This document shows, one piece after another, positions 1-13,205 of a stretch of 64,000 bases of DNA. Source of the stretch: Paramecium tetraurelia (taxonomy: Eukaryota); the NCBI GenBank assembly GCA_000165425.1, contig CT868030.1:310001-374000 (forward strand). The letters run 5' to 3'. The notes beneath the pieces are model-generated. The model saw nothing but the letters and a program-made list of their open reading frames with translations. It was not told the DNA's origin and made no database searches. The position numbers and the translations under genes are program-made. The first letter of the stretch is position 1. Each line of letters opens with the position of its first letter.

Positions 1-282
1 ACTATAATTTTTACTCTAAATTCAATCGGTCATTACTAGACATTGAGTTTATCTGTGCCTCCAAAATTTAAAGGTGAAATATATATTCTTACCTGCTAGC
101 TAATATTAAAATTATAGAATTCATTATATATTTTAATAATATTTCTGAATAATAATTACAAACAAGCACTCCAAAACTATTTATTAGAATGCTTATATTA
201 GATTCACAAACTATTGATTATATATACCAAATATAAATTTAACTTTTAATTAACATTTAATATTTTGTTAACATAATAACTA

Positions 283-752
283 ATGGTAATTTGAATGTCT
301 ATATAATTAGCAAAGTGAATTCCCTGAGAGAGCCCAGCCCTTAGCTAATGAAGAAGTAGAACCTTAAATTCTAGAACTTGCATAATAAGCAGCTGCCTTA
401 AAATAAGTAATATTCTTCACAATTAATAGTTAAAAAAAGGAGCCAATGAAACCACCAAAACATTAAATAGAGGTATTGCAGAATTAGTCATTATTGCTGC
501 TGATACAACTCCATTAGAGATTGTTCTTCATTTACCATTATTATGCGAAGATAAGGTATTCAAAATTTTGACCCATAATAGAATGTCCCTTATGTTTTTG
601 TCAAGAGCAAGGTAGATTTGGGTAGAATGTGTGGTACTAGTAGAAATGTTGTTGCATGCTCAATTATCAAGGATAAAAACTCAAGAATTAATTAAAATAT
701 CACATACCTTAAGGATTTGTGCGAAAGACTCCAAATCAATCAGGAGGCATGA
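283..752 (+). CDS. SNU13: Snu13/NHP2L1 (15.5K) L7Ae-family RNA-binding protein, 3 tiny introns
   Basis: Code-6 translation [83 protein letters not shown] introns of 23-26 nt, the first directly after the ATG. Confidence 0.95.
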
Positions 753-1620
753 TCATTATAAAATATGTACATTAAAAATCAATATAAATACTTTGTAGAT
801 TGCAACAGAAATATCATTTTATTCTTTAACTATTGTTTAATTCTACTGCATTATTTTATACTTATGTTAATAACTTGGTTTAGAGTTCCTCTATCATGAT
901 TTCAAGTCAAAAGTTTATTTATGTTTAAAACGTTAAGTTTTTGGTTTTTGTAATGGACATCTCCAAAAAATACTCCACTGTTTGGACTGAATAATTAATA
1001 TACCAACCTAATTCAGTTCCTGCTAAAACCATGACAATTATTATTCTGAAATATATGTAAATTTGATATTATTGTTTAAGATCTATATTTATTTCAATTA
1101 ATTCTATTATAGTAATTTGAAAACCACCCTTGTTAAGTTAAATTAAATAATCTAATTCAAGTAAAATATTTTTATTAAAATTCTTGAATTATTTTCTAGA
1201 ATAAATTATCTGTGGGTCAATTTATAAGTTATAGTTAAGACTATTCTTTTTATTTAATTAAATCTTCTGTCTTAACTTGGAAGTTCGACTTTTACTGTTT
1301 TATTTACATTTTGTATTTTTCATTACAGTAGCAATGTAATGCATTTTTGAATATTACTCACAGAATACAAATTTATTTTATGTTGTTCAGATTTCATTTT
1401 TCCTTAAACGCCTTTTTATATCTATAATTGTCATCTAAAAGAACTTTTTTTCCTTTTTTTCTCAGGTTATTTAATGCATTTCTGGTCGATAGCCTTAAAA
1501 ACGATGAGTAGATAAACATCCAACATTTAGAGAATGATTATAATAAAGTTTTAATTTATAATCTAGGATTGAACCTTAAATTCAATTATTTGCTTAGAAT
1601 TGAAGTATTCAATAAAAAAA

Positions 1621-1701
1621 TGTTGACGGCGAGGTTTCAACTCGCGCCCTTATCGGACTGGATCCTTAATCCAGCGCTTTAGACCACTCAGCCAATTCAA
1701 C
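1621..1701 (-). tRNA. tRNA-Leu(AAG), atypical or possible pseudogene
   Basis: Reverse complement GTTGAATTGGCTGAGTGGTCTAAAGCGCTGGATTAAGGATCCAGTCCGATAAGGGCGCGAGTTGAAACCTCGCCGTCAACA. It has a D-loop GG, anticodon stem CTGGA/TCCAG around AAG, a long variable arm, T-stem GCGAG/CTCGC, and is followed by a T7 Pol III terminator. Confidence 0.88.
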
Positions 1702-1773
1702 TTGTAATTTTAGGTTGATTGTGAATATAATTTAACCGTCAAAACTCAATAATTTATTTATTAATTGAATATA

Positions 1774-2808
1774 ATGTTAACATAAAGTGTTCAGGGTTAA
1801 TTTTAAGGCCCAAGATTAAGTGCAGGAGTTGGTTAAAATTTGCAAATGGGATATGGGGTAATTCAACCCAATTTTGGACTTTAATCATAAAATTCCTAAT
1901 AAACTTTTATGCCTTTAAGTACTCCATTGCCATACCCTGGTGTTGGGTAATTAAAAGGATCGATGCCTTTATAATATTCAATGCCAATTTAGGGGGTGAA
2001 TTAGGGCTAATTACCTCAGCACTTGATCAATTATTAATAACAGCCATTAATTGTTTAAAATTTAATTTAACCTCAACCATAAATCTAATATCAATAGTAG
2101 CTTGTTCAAGCTCCTCCTTTACAAATCACATAGGCAGCTTAAATAGAAAGAAAGGTGAATTATATTCCTTAGAAAAAATAAATAGTGAAAATGGAAGAGT
2201 AAGAAATAGAAGAAATAGTTCCAGTAGAGAGAACAATTATAGAATATATTCCTGTCTAAACAATTATAGGTATGAAAAATTTATGTGAATTTTAGAGAAA
2301 GTACCAATTCCAGTAGAAATCCCATATGAAATAATGATTCCAAAGCCATATTAATAAGAAATTAAATACCCTAATCCATAAAATTAATTTTTAACAGATG
2401 ACATGGGAAATCCACTAAATAATCCTGATGAATTTTCTAAAAATAAGTTGCCTCCAACAACAATTACGAGTTATTAATAAAAGATATCAGATGAAAATGA
2501 TGACGATGAAGATGATAATACTGATGATGATGATGATGAGCTGAATCGAAAAATATACCAGAATTATTGAGGAAATTAAATAAAGGAGGAGAAGAAGAAG
2601 ACATAGACAAGGATTAAGTTCTGATGATGAAGATGACTTCAATTTTAGTAAATTTTAATAGAAATTTGGATCATAATAAGGAAATTAAGGAGGTTATTAT
2701 GATAGTAGATAAGGTTATGGAGGTTATGGATAGTCGCAGACTATGAAGAGTAGGGGATATCATGGCAGAGATAAAAGTGCGAGAGATTATTTAAATTAAA
2801 GAAGATGA
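1774..2808 (+). CDS. Q/P-rich cortical protein with epiplasmin/alveolin-like VPV motifs and acidic/GY-rich tail; apparent +1 frameshift at ~2551
   Basis: KVNYIPQKKQIVKMEEQEIEEIVPVERTIIEYIPVQTIIEKVPIPVEIPY; one intron at ~2270-2295; D-rich tract. Confidence 0.55.
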
Positions 2809-2843
2809 AAATTATTTATCACTTTAATATTATTATATATTTA

Positions 2844-3815
2844 ATGGAGTTTGATTTTCTATCACTCAAAGCAAGGGAAATGAACAAAAAAAGGTTGAGT
2901 CTATTGTATTCATTGAAAAATCAGAATATTGAATAGAATGATCTAATTGATGATAACATCTAATTCATTAAAAAACTTACAAGTGATCATCCATTAAAAG
3001 AAATTATAAAAGAATGTTAGAATAATGTAAGAGAGGGCTTCTTAACTCCATTAACGAATGTATTATTAAACATAATTTCAGAGGTCCTCCATGTCTATTG
3101 AATTTACAGCCAATATGTTTGTTGAAGAAATATTGGACAGTGTAAAATTAAAGCATATAAAAATATTATAATTGGAGGGACTAATAAATAATTTAATGCA
3201 AAACATCGAAATGATTCAATAATTTGAAATTAAATAGGACAGCTAAAAGGACAAAGAACTTTACCAAATCCTAATGATTAATTCTCCTAACGATGAAACT
3301 TACTAATTGTATTTGAATGATTAAAAATTATACCAAAATTAACTCCATACCTAACCTTTTGATTTCAAAGATATGCTAAATTTTATATTATTTGCAAATA
3401 ATTAAGTACTCGAAACTATTTCATTTGATATGATCTATGTATTATAATAAAGTTAATCCTTAGTAAATAGGCAATAATTGTTATAATTTTAAATAAAACG
3501 AATATAATCAGACTATCCAAATAAAATTTCTAGAGGATTCTAATGTTCCAATTATATACGATTTCTAGTAATATAAAATTTATTTATAGGATTTAAATAT
3601 TCTTTTCTATGAAAAGTGAATTGAAAAAAAAAATGATCAAATCTTTGAAAGAAGAGGTTTAAGAAATAGATTCTAAAATTTTAGATATGATAGAGATTAT
3701 AAATAGAATGTTGGAACCATTTTCTAATAATGGATTCAAATATTTAAGATATTAGGGTATGATAGATAATGATACCATTGGCAAAAACAGAAATCACTGT
3801 TGTAATATTTTCTGA
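2844..3815 (+). CDS. hypothetical protein with C-terminal CaaX-like motif (..HCCNIF*)
   Basis: Code-6 ORF starting MEFDFLSLKAREMNKKRL with tiny introns, ending KNRNHCCNIF-TGA. Confidence 0.65.
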
Positions 3816-4372
3816 TTATATAGCATCAATGTCTTATTAATCAATATTTTATTACAATTATTTTATATGTTTTTTTATTCATAAATGTATGAATTAGAAT
3901 CAATTTAATTATGTATTTTATTAGAATTATTGTATCTATAAATATATTTTCATCGTACAATACATTCTTAGCTAAAAATACATTGTGCAAAATGTAAAAA
4001 TTCTTCACCTGGCAAAGTAAGGAATTTGAAGAAATTAGAAAAGAATACAATAATCATTTTATGTGAATATTAGGTATTATATTATTGAAAACTTTAGATT
4101 AAAATTGTTTTTAATCATAACAACTAAACATATTTAAGAAACTTTTGGAGCTTTAATAGCTAATTCTAATGAAAGGCGTGAGTTGTGACAATATATCTAT
4201 AAAATAAAGCAAAGTCAGATAAAAATGATCCAATGATGAAAATTAGCATTAGACAAATGTAGGAGTAAAATTTGGGTAAAAGAAATTAATGGTTATTTTA
4301 CTTTTATTTTGTAGCAATCCAAATAGGATTTAATTTGTATTTGAAACTTTCTATTTTATATTATTTTATTAA

Positions 4373-5512
4373 ATGAATTATCAACAAGAAAAAAGAAATT
4401 CAGTAATAAGATAAGATAATGTGAGAGCCTCTTTAACTTAACTAATGTAATCCCCTCAAAAATAGGAGATTATCTAAAGTAATGAACGACATACTGGCTG
4501 CATTGAGAGGATGAGAGTACTTACTCAAGAATTGTAAAGAATGACAGAAGCATTAAGATAAAAAAATGAAGATGTGATATATTTGTAAAAAGAAATCTAA
4601 TATGCTAAATAAAATTAGGTATTAGCTTGAATTATTATTTAGTAAAATAATCAAGGCAACGAAGACTTAATCTAAAAATTGCAATTAGAAAGGTAGAAGT
4701 TAGATTAATTCAAATAAATGAAGGATTAACAATTAGGCGAACTAGAGGTAGAACTAAATACGGTGCACAAAGAATTGAAGGATGAAAGATTATAAAAGCT
4801 TGATTATGTTAATCGTTATTAAAAATAATGCGATGAAGTAGTGAGATTGTAAAAGGAACTGGAAAAAGCAAATTAATATGCTGTGAATCCATAAGAAATT
4901 GATTAACTGCATGGACATATTGATGATTTACAACATGAAAATGAGGAATTAAGATCAAAGATGAACAGCCTCTCAAACAAAGTTTAGTAACAACAACAAC
5001 AAATTGCAATTCTGGAAGATTAACTCACTCAATAATCATTTCAGCCCTCAAAATAACCCCCTTCAGGACCTACCTCATATTAGCTGCCCTAAATGTAATA
5101 TTAATAGCAGATTCTACCTCAAACCTCAAACTATTAAAAAACAACTACATATACTGTTGAAAGTAAAGGAACTAACAAACCAACAGAAGTAAGGAAGCAA
5201 GTAGTTTCCACAGTCAACGGAAAAACAGATGTTTATGAATACTCTTCTGCATAAGACCCTCTAAATCCTAGAGAGTCAATAAGTTCTAAATTGGATTAGA
5301 TTAATTAGAAAGTTAACCAGACTTATGAAGTGAGAAATTCATAATTGTAAAATAACACATCGAGTTCTTAATTGCAAAGAGGATCTAAATTTTTGCCTGA
5401 AGCATACCAAAAAGATTTCAATGATCTCAAAAGTAAAATTGAAACTAAGCCTGTAACAGAATATAAAACCACAACCGTTACCAAAACCAACAATAAATAT
5501 TAAAAATATTGA
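4373..5512 (+). CDS. hypothetical coiled-coil protein
   Basis: MNYQQEKRNSVIRQDNVRASL..CIERMRVLTQELQRMTEALRQKNE; tiny intron at ~4619; E/Q/K-rich heptads. Confidence 0.7.
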
Positions 5513-5551
5513 AGAATATTAAATATTCAGTATATTATTTTTATCAAATCA

Positions 5552-6866
5552 TCATTTTATATAAGGTGATTAAACTTTACTAAAGGTTCTACTTGAAAGA
5601 AATCTATACGAAATACTTCTTGATAATTTTGCCTTTGGAGTGAAAAATCCATTAGCTAATTAGAAAAGTTTTGGATATTCATATGATGAGCTTTTTGATG
5701 CTTTTCTTGGTGACGAGTATAATTTCGTGTTATTTGTTATAGAAAGAGCTTTTTTAGTTGGCGTGATCAAATGGTATTAACTCTGATAATGATTTTGAGA
5801 AGAATAAGATTGAGTTGTATCTATTCTATAAATATTAATAGTTTAATGCTATTAAACCACCTATAATTATGGTCGTTATTGGATAGTGGGTGACTTGAAA
5901 ATTTTTACTTTAAATAATTAAGAAATATTTGGTCTTTTTACATCGTCATATTGTAATAAACTAACTACTATGTTCATCAAAGATTAAGAATAATAATGAT
6001 AGGCAGATCCCAAGATATTTAAAATTTGCTTATAATGAACAACTTCCTTATAAAAGTCTGTCTGCTTCGTTACATCTTAAATTATTTTTCCAAATAATTA
6101 TTACCTTTACCACTCATTATTGATACTAAAAGTATTCCAAGTGAATATGAATCCTATTTGAAAGGGTTTATTTTTAACTAAGTTAAATGATTTTAATAAT
6201 CCTTCATCTATTAAGGACTCAATGATTTGTTCGAATTATAATTTCCTAAAGTTTAGGCATAACTCGATAATAAATTTGGAACAGCTCCATGGTACTATGT
6301 TTAAATTATTTCATACCAAAACTTTCACATTATAGGCTTTATCAAAAAAGAGGCTGTCAAAGTTAATATTGGAATGAAATTTATTCTTACTATCTAGATA
6401 AGCAAACACAGTAGAAATTTAAGTTATTAACTTGTTGAAATATTTTAATTACTTTCCAGATAAAAGACTCTTTAACAAATTGTCCATTGAATTAGTGATC
6501 TTTAAGGACCATTTATAAATTGGTTGGTAGAAATTCATAATAAATTCGAAAATCCTTTATTGCTCCTTAAAATTTCTGCTCTTTAATAGTACAACCATAA
6601 TATTATAATAAATTTTCATGTTACATTGACTTCCTTTTTGTATGTTAATTATTTATGAAATTTTCATCAACATCTACTAAAGAAATCTGATTTTATATGA
6701 AATCAAATACTTTTGAAAATATCAATTCATGTTGATTTTGTTTATTTTTCCATAATTGAATCTATCCCAAATAGTTATGTTTCTTAATGCCTAGATATTT
6801 TAGTTAGTCTCGTAATAGATTTGATGTGACAGAGTTTTCAATTTCTAAAATAATGGTATTTCCCAT
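5552..6866 (-). CDS. hypothetical protein (N-terminal MGN, possible myristoylation)
   Basis: Long code-6 frame MGNTIILEIENSVTSNLLRDQLKYLG.. with tiny introns, ending ..VQSPYIK-TGA. Confidence 0.65.
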
Positions 6867-8492
6867 TTTGAAATTTAATTATTTAATTTAAACTGAAAAC
6901 AAATTATTAAACATATGATTTTTAAATAATTTGTTTTAGATAAAATCTTCAATCTACTTTCTATTTAATCTTCTTTTTTATACGATTTGCAGTTTTTTCG
7001 TTGACTTTTCAGTTAACCAAAATTTAGCGATCTCAAGAGTTAAAATAGTAATCTAATATAAATAAGGATGTTTAAATAATAATCATTTATCTTCTATCAT
7101 TTCTAATTCACTTTTCTTTGAACTAAACATAACGTATTTAAATAAGAGCTTATTGTAAATGTCTCTAAAAGAATATTGTCAAATAAAAGAATCAAACTAA
7201 ACGTTATAGTATGTATGTTTCGAGTGTTTTTTGAATAATTAACCAAACATATTTATTTTTTAAATGAATTTTCGCTTTTGACAAATCGACTCTCTATTTC
7301 AAAAACATTTGAATACTATCTATTATTTTGAATATAAATGGAGGGTTAATCATTGCATAGTTAGTTTTGTATGATTTCCATTCTGTATAATTATTAATTA
7401 TTCAGTCTTCAGTCCTCAATGAAGTCACACTCCAAACAAATCAAATGAGAAGTGATGAAGAAAATTTGTGTGTTTAGCTATTATATCAAAATAATAATTA
7501 CCTTTCTGCATGAGTGCTTTGTGAACTTTGTATGAATTTCACTCTTGGAATAGTAAAGTTTATTTTAGACATATATGCAACTCAAGAAAATTTATGTAAA
7601 TATATACTATTTATTATTGAATAGATGATATTTTTGATTACTATTAGATTCATCATCAGATCATCCTTTTATTTTTATTACCTTAACCTGGCATTTGGAC
7701 ATTAGTTGTCTTAATGAAAACCTAATGAAATTCCGTATAATTCGACCGAGAGCAACATTTATTAAATAAATTCAATAAAAATTAATCCCTTCTAATCCGT
7801 AATCAATTCGAGAGAGATTCTTTAAAATTCATGTAATTATAAGGCTTTCTGAGGCAGATATTAGCATTTGCCTCTTAGATAGTAATTAATAATTGAATTT
7901 ATTAAGCTCATTATGTAATTGAAAAAAGAAATCGGAATGAAACAGATTCTACTAAAAGTAAGAAAGCAATTTTCAAATTACAACAATTTACACTTAAATT
8001 ATGACAAATGCTGTATGGATTTTTTTTTATAAAATAGATACTGATTATATTTTTGTTGTTTAATTAGCATTAAAAAAATGACTGATTTATACAATTATCT
8101 TTAGTATCTAAGAATTATGCTTAAAATTTGAATGCTATATTAAAATAATTATTTAATAAATTAATTTACGATAATTATGATAAACATAATATGCAAATAA
8201 GATTTTGATAACCAAAGCCTCATCTTTTGTTTATAATGATTTCGTTTATCGAATGTGAATTTATTTAAAATATAAACAAAATAATTCACTAAAAATCACC
8301 CTACCCTTAAAATTCAGTTTTTTTACAATCTACTAAAAAATATCAATATTAATAATAGAGAAGTAGATAACTTAAAAGCTAATATAAGAAGTTTATTTTA
8401 TTTTAGTCTTCATTATGGAAAATTCGAACAAAAAAAAATGAGTAAATTAAGATTTTTTAAGTACAATAATTGAATTAATAATTTATTCATCT

Positions 8493-11240
8493 TCAAAACT
8501 CTCTATAGTTACCATAATTAAACAATACTCTTGTAAAAATGATATCAGCTGTCATACCTTCATCAGAATTGCTTTCAATAATTTTTTTTGCATCAATCGA
8601 TTCTTTATTTTTCAAAATCAAGAAACAATTTTTACAATAATCAACATAACCCTAAATAATGTAATTAAATTACATCCTTTCTGTAATTTCCTGGTCGTGC
8701 ATTTACCGCTATATATCGAGGTCCTTCATAATTGATAGAACATCCGTTACACTCGAATGAGTGCTTTTGGGAGGGTTTTTGCCCTTCGAAAAGTTTTCTA
8801 TTTTTTCCAATTTTGTGTAAATCTATATCATGTAAGACAGATTTATCTTGAAGAGGACCATTTATAAATATTAATGTATCTTGATATTTATACATATCCA
8901 TCCCTTATTTTTCCACATCAGTAAATTCAGCACATTCTTGACAAACATGTTCATTCTTAAAATAACAGTAATATTATTGATGAACTTTTGAAATATCTTT
9001 CTAACAAACTGCACATTTATCTCCTGGATATGGGATAGAAATTGTTTATTAGATTTATTTTTTTATAATCCAACAATCCTCTGGAATGATTGAAAAGATT
9101 CTATCTAATAATTTATTAAAATCTTCCTCCTGCTTATCTCTAATAAAGTAATTTAAATAGATGTTGTCAAAGAAAATATCGTTTCCAATTTTCTAGACTT
9201 CGAAATCAAGTTTAAGCTGAATAACTTTTTGTTTATCAATTGATAATAGATATTCTTTAAAATCATCCTTTAATAATATTTGCTTAATCTAATTCACGCT
9301 TTGTTCTTTGATTGGTATTTTAACCGGTTTCCAATTTTTATCGTTTTCGTTTTCGTTTACTAATTATTAAATTGACCTTTCTAAATTCATTGGGCTGTTT
9401 ATGTATTTAATAAACCCAGATTTATCAATGACTATGAAATATGGAACCTCCTTAACGGCATATAAAGATGTGTCAGTTAGAAGAGCCCTTTTCTTATAGA
9501 GTATTAATAGACGCCCTTGGAGGTCTTAGTATTATTCTAAAAATTCTACAAATTCTTTTTCATCCCCTATATTAAGTGCTACAAATTTAACAATTTTACT
9601 CCAAGACTAACTATTTTTTTCAATCAGTTTATCAATATTTCTAAGTTAAGCTATGCTATCCTAATTGCATTTCCAATAAATTATTATCAATACTTATCCT
9701 TTAGAATGAAAAATGTTTTCTATTTCTTAAGAATTAAATTTCTTGTAATTTAGAATAGGTGCAAATCTCCTCCCTGGACCGAGAGTTACTTGAGAACGTA
9801 ACTCTTCAACTATTTCATTAATCTCTTCTCCTAAATCAAATCGCTTACTATAAAAATCTATGTTTGGTTTTGATTCCTCTAATCCGTCATAAAATTTTTC
9901 AAGATTGAGTTAACTAGATACAGCTTTCAAGATTTCAGTATCGTTTATCAAAATTTTTTAGAGATTAGAATCCCAGTTTATAGATTTTCTCATAGTAGGT
10001 TTGTATGTAATTTTTACACCTTATCTAGCAAAGGCCATTTGAATAATATTTTGAATAAATTTGCTTTAACACACAACTTCAGATTTCAGTACAATTCGTA
10101 AATGTTCAGGTATTTAATTCCAAACCAATTCCATAAAATAATCTACAGTTTCCATCTCTTTTTCAGTTATTTTATATTTTAATTAAAGTTGAGATATCTC
10201 TGAAATCATATAACTCCCATCAGCTTGTTATATTCTGCATCTCCTTAATTTAATCTAGAATTTAAATTGAAATGTGAATTTTTATAGAGCCCCATGTATA
10301 ATTTAGAGATATTATTTAAGCACTTTTACTTCCTCTTTTATCATGTTATTCACATTCTATGATTATTGAATTTTGCCTTCCCCATTTTATTTCTAATCCT
10401 CTAATTTGAGATTTGCTTATAAAGATGATTCTCCTAAAATTGAACCATCTACATCTTCTTTTGACATTTCTATTGTAATTAATTTGTCTAAATCTGCTTC
10501 AAAGTGATAACCTAAATGAACTATTTGACCATTTTTGCCAATTATGATAGCAATTGGAAGCCCCTCTATATTTAGCATATCTAGAAATTAATGATTTCCG
10601 TTTTTATTCTTTATTAATTTGTAATGATTCATACATTCCCATTTCTTTTTAGTAACTAGTTAAATAATCTCCTCTGAAGAAGCTTTCAATGAAATTGCCA
10701 CAAGTTTTACCTTATCATGCCATTCGTTTCTCTTCTGATACTATACAATCAATTCATCGATAGGACCACTATTTTCTAAAACAATGTTATCCTATTATAA
10801 CTAAATACTATTACCCAAATATTTATTATATATATATACTCATTTTGTATTTCTAATTATTCTTATCCTGGCATTATAATCATATTGTCATTTTACCTTA
10901 TGACTAGTTCGATACCTGAAACTTTCTTAATGTTATCCCCAATTTCATATTTTGGTTGAATTTATTCTAACAACTCTAAAATCTATTCATACTCAATAGG
11001 GTCTAATTCTTTTTTTGAATATTTCACTTTTTCGATAATTTATTGATACAAATCGGAGTCTGATGCTTTTAATTTATTTTTGCTTGTGTATGTTTTTAGA
11101 ACTTAGATACTAATAAATATAAAAAATTATTTACTTATCTTTTTGTTATTTTGCAATATATTTTGTTTCCTCTTTAATATTCAAATAAGTAGGAAGTAAT
11201 GCAATAAAATGTTTCCCTGAATTGGATTTTTTTAATTCAT
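8493..11240 (-). CDS. tandem thioredoxin-like (TlpA/nucleoredoxin-type) domains plus C-terminal Cys/His zinc fingers (ZZ/C1-like); start uncertain
   Basis: Two repeats of the type W..KVKLVAISL..GLPIAIIIGKNGQIVHLG and WSKIVKFVALNIG..EVPYFIVIDKSGFIKY; C-terminal CAVC..YYC..HVCQEC and HSFECNGC..GPRY..VDYCKNC. Confidence 0.7.
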
Positions 11241-11429
11241 TAATTAATTAATAATAACATTCAATAAATAAACAAATTTCAATTTCAAATTTTAGATATA
11301 TTAAAGTTTATGTAGCTTTAAGATAAATACTTTTGTGGAGGAATTGTTAAAGATAAAAAGAAAATATTTTGCCAATATACCTCTATATTATCAAATAATT
11401 CTACTTCAATAATTGCATTCGGTGAATCG

Positions 11430-12102
11430 AATGATCATATTATTTATTTTATATTTATAGGATGAAATCGTAATAGGAAGAAATTTTGAGAAGTAGGCAT
11501 ATTTTAAGATTTTTTTATAATTGTTAAATTTGATGATAATATGTAACATAGTAGTGCTAATTTATATAATAAAAATACTATTTGGTACTCATAGAAGTAT
11601 TCTAATTATGTTGATTGGAATGATAACAATGAGCTTCATAAACTACTTAGTCTTTGTTTATCCTTAAAAAACTTTTACACTAATAAATCTTGAATAGTAA
11701 TCTGAAAAGAAATCAAATTATATATTTGTTGAAGAAATTTTTAATGTCTACTATAATTGGATTGGAAAAATTTCAAAAATTTTTATGTTGGATATTATTT
11801 AAACAGATAGTCTCCCAAATTTGAAGTTATCTTCATATGACAATTTTCTTTAACTTAAATTTTAAGTTCACTTTCTTCATTTATACTAGATGGTCGTAAC
11901 GGTTCTTAACTTTGAAGGATTCCTTGCCAATAAACTTATTACTATACCTATCTCTGATCTCATCACTCATAATATAGTATAATTATTATCAAATTGTTTG
12001 GAGAATATCATTTAATAAATGGACTTATATTTAATTTGTTCAAAATAATTCAATATGGTATACTAAAACGTTCACATAAATAAACAAAGTAGTTATCATT
12101 GA
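11430..12102 (+). pseudogene. possible decayed coding remnant, weakly reminiscent of an adaptor-complex mu subunit
   Basis: Frame-broken fragments MIILFILYLQDEIVIGRNF, KKSNYIFVEEIFNVYYNWIGKI and GFLANKLITIPI; no intact reading frame could be built. Confidence 0.25.
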
Positions 12103-12334
12103 ATAACAGTATTTAGATAAATTCTGCTTAAAATAGACAACTTAATTGAATTTTTATCGAAAGAGTGCAACTATACGCTGCTAAAATGAATGTTAATCTA
12201 CTTTTATTTGAATTTATTTGATAATTCTAAAAATGAACATGCCAAGTAAAATTATTTTCCATTCAAAAATAGACTAATTTAAGTAAACAGTTTAATAATA
12301 TAAATGATAATTCATATAAAAATTTAAAGAAAAT

Positions 12335-13184
12335 TCAAGGTCCTAGCATTATACAACAAAACCAATATGCCAAACCTTTACTTCTGTCAAATGGTTCATA
12401 TAAAAAGGATTCTGAATCTAAAAAAAGCTTTAAGGAGGGTAAAAGGCAGTGAGTTGCTCCCCAAAAACATAAATTGACAATAATTAATAAAATTGAAGAA
12501 TCGTACATTGCTCCTTCCTTAAAATAAATTTTGAATTACCACTTAATATATTTTTCTATTTTGTTTGTATTCATGAACAGCAGTTTGGCATTCTTCGTTT
12601 GTAATTGTAATGATGGCTTAAATCGCCATCAATAATAAACCAACCCAAGAAAGAAGCCTAGTCAATACGGCAAAATTTCTAACATAAATACCTAAACAAG
12701 CCCAGCATATATCTTAAGAATAAATAAATAAAACTACTTAGATTTCCAAATTTTTCGCTAGGCATTTTCCCAAAACAATAAATGCCAAGCATTGCTAAGA
12801 AAATTAAACCTATCACACCACAATAAAGTAAAATAATTATGAATGGTAGTGTAACCTTGCTTATTTTAATTAGATTACTAATGCATTTGCCATGGAAGTA
12901 TCACTGACATTGGAATCAGACGCAGTAGTATTATCAGTTGTAGTAGTATTATCGGTAGTAGTAGTGTTATCAGTAGTAGTAGTGTTATCTGTAGTAGTTT
13001 ATTATGCTACTAAAAAATTTATTTAATCTAGTGATTAATCAGGATCATAAAAAAGTATCCGTGCATTTGTATATTCGATCGGTGGGCAAATGTCATATGT
13101 ATAAGTGGTGTAAAACAATAAATCATAAATGATTAGAGCTATAAAGACAACGACGATAAGACAATAGTATGATATTAATCCCAT
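12335..13184 (-). CDS. small multi-pass (about 4 TM) membrane protein with Thr-rich extracellular repeat
   Basis: MGLISYYCLIVVVFIALIIYDLLFY; (DNTTTT)n; FTLLCVIGLIFLAMLGIYCF; LLSWVGLLLMAIQAII; ILLIIVNLCFWGATHCLLP; ends YWFCCIMLGP-TGA. Confidence 0.75.
12925..12999 (-). repeat. 18-bp coding tandem repeat, about 4 copies, encoding DNTTTT
   Basis: gtagtagtagtgttatc-type units visible at 12925-12999. Confidence 0.85.
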
Positions 13185-13205
13185 TTGAAATAAAATTAAT
13201 ATAAT

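Noticed and set aside
800..1560. Possible minus-strand gene between Snu13 and the tRNA
   Set aside because: No consistent frame or recognisable motif could be built
3880..4340. Small plus-strand gene-like stretch with an intron-like segment
   Set aside because: Start, stop and frame are ambiguous and no product is identifiable
6940..8450. Short minus-strand ORF-like pieces and AT-rich DNA, possibly retained IES or germline sequence
   Set aside because: No convincing gene model, and TA-bounded IES consensus ends cannot be distinguished from background without germline data
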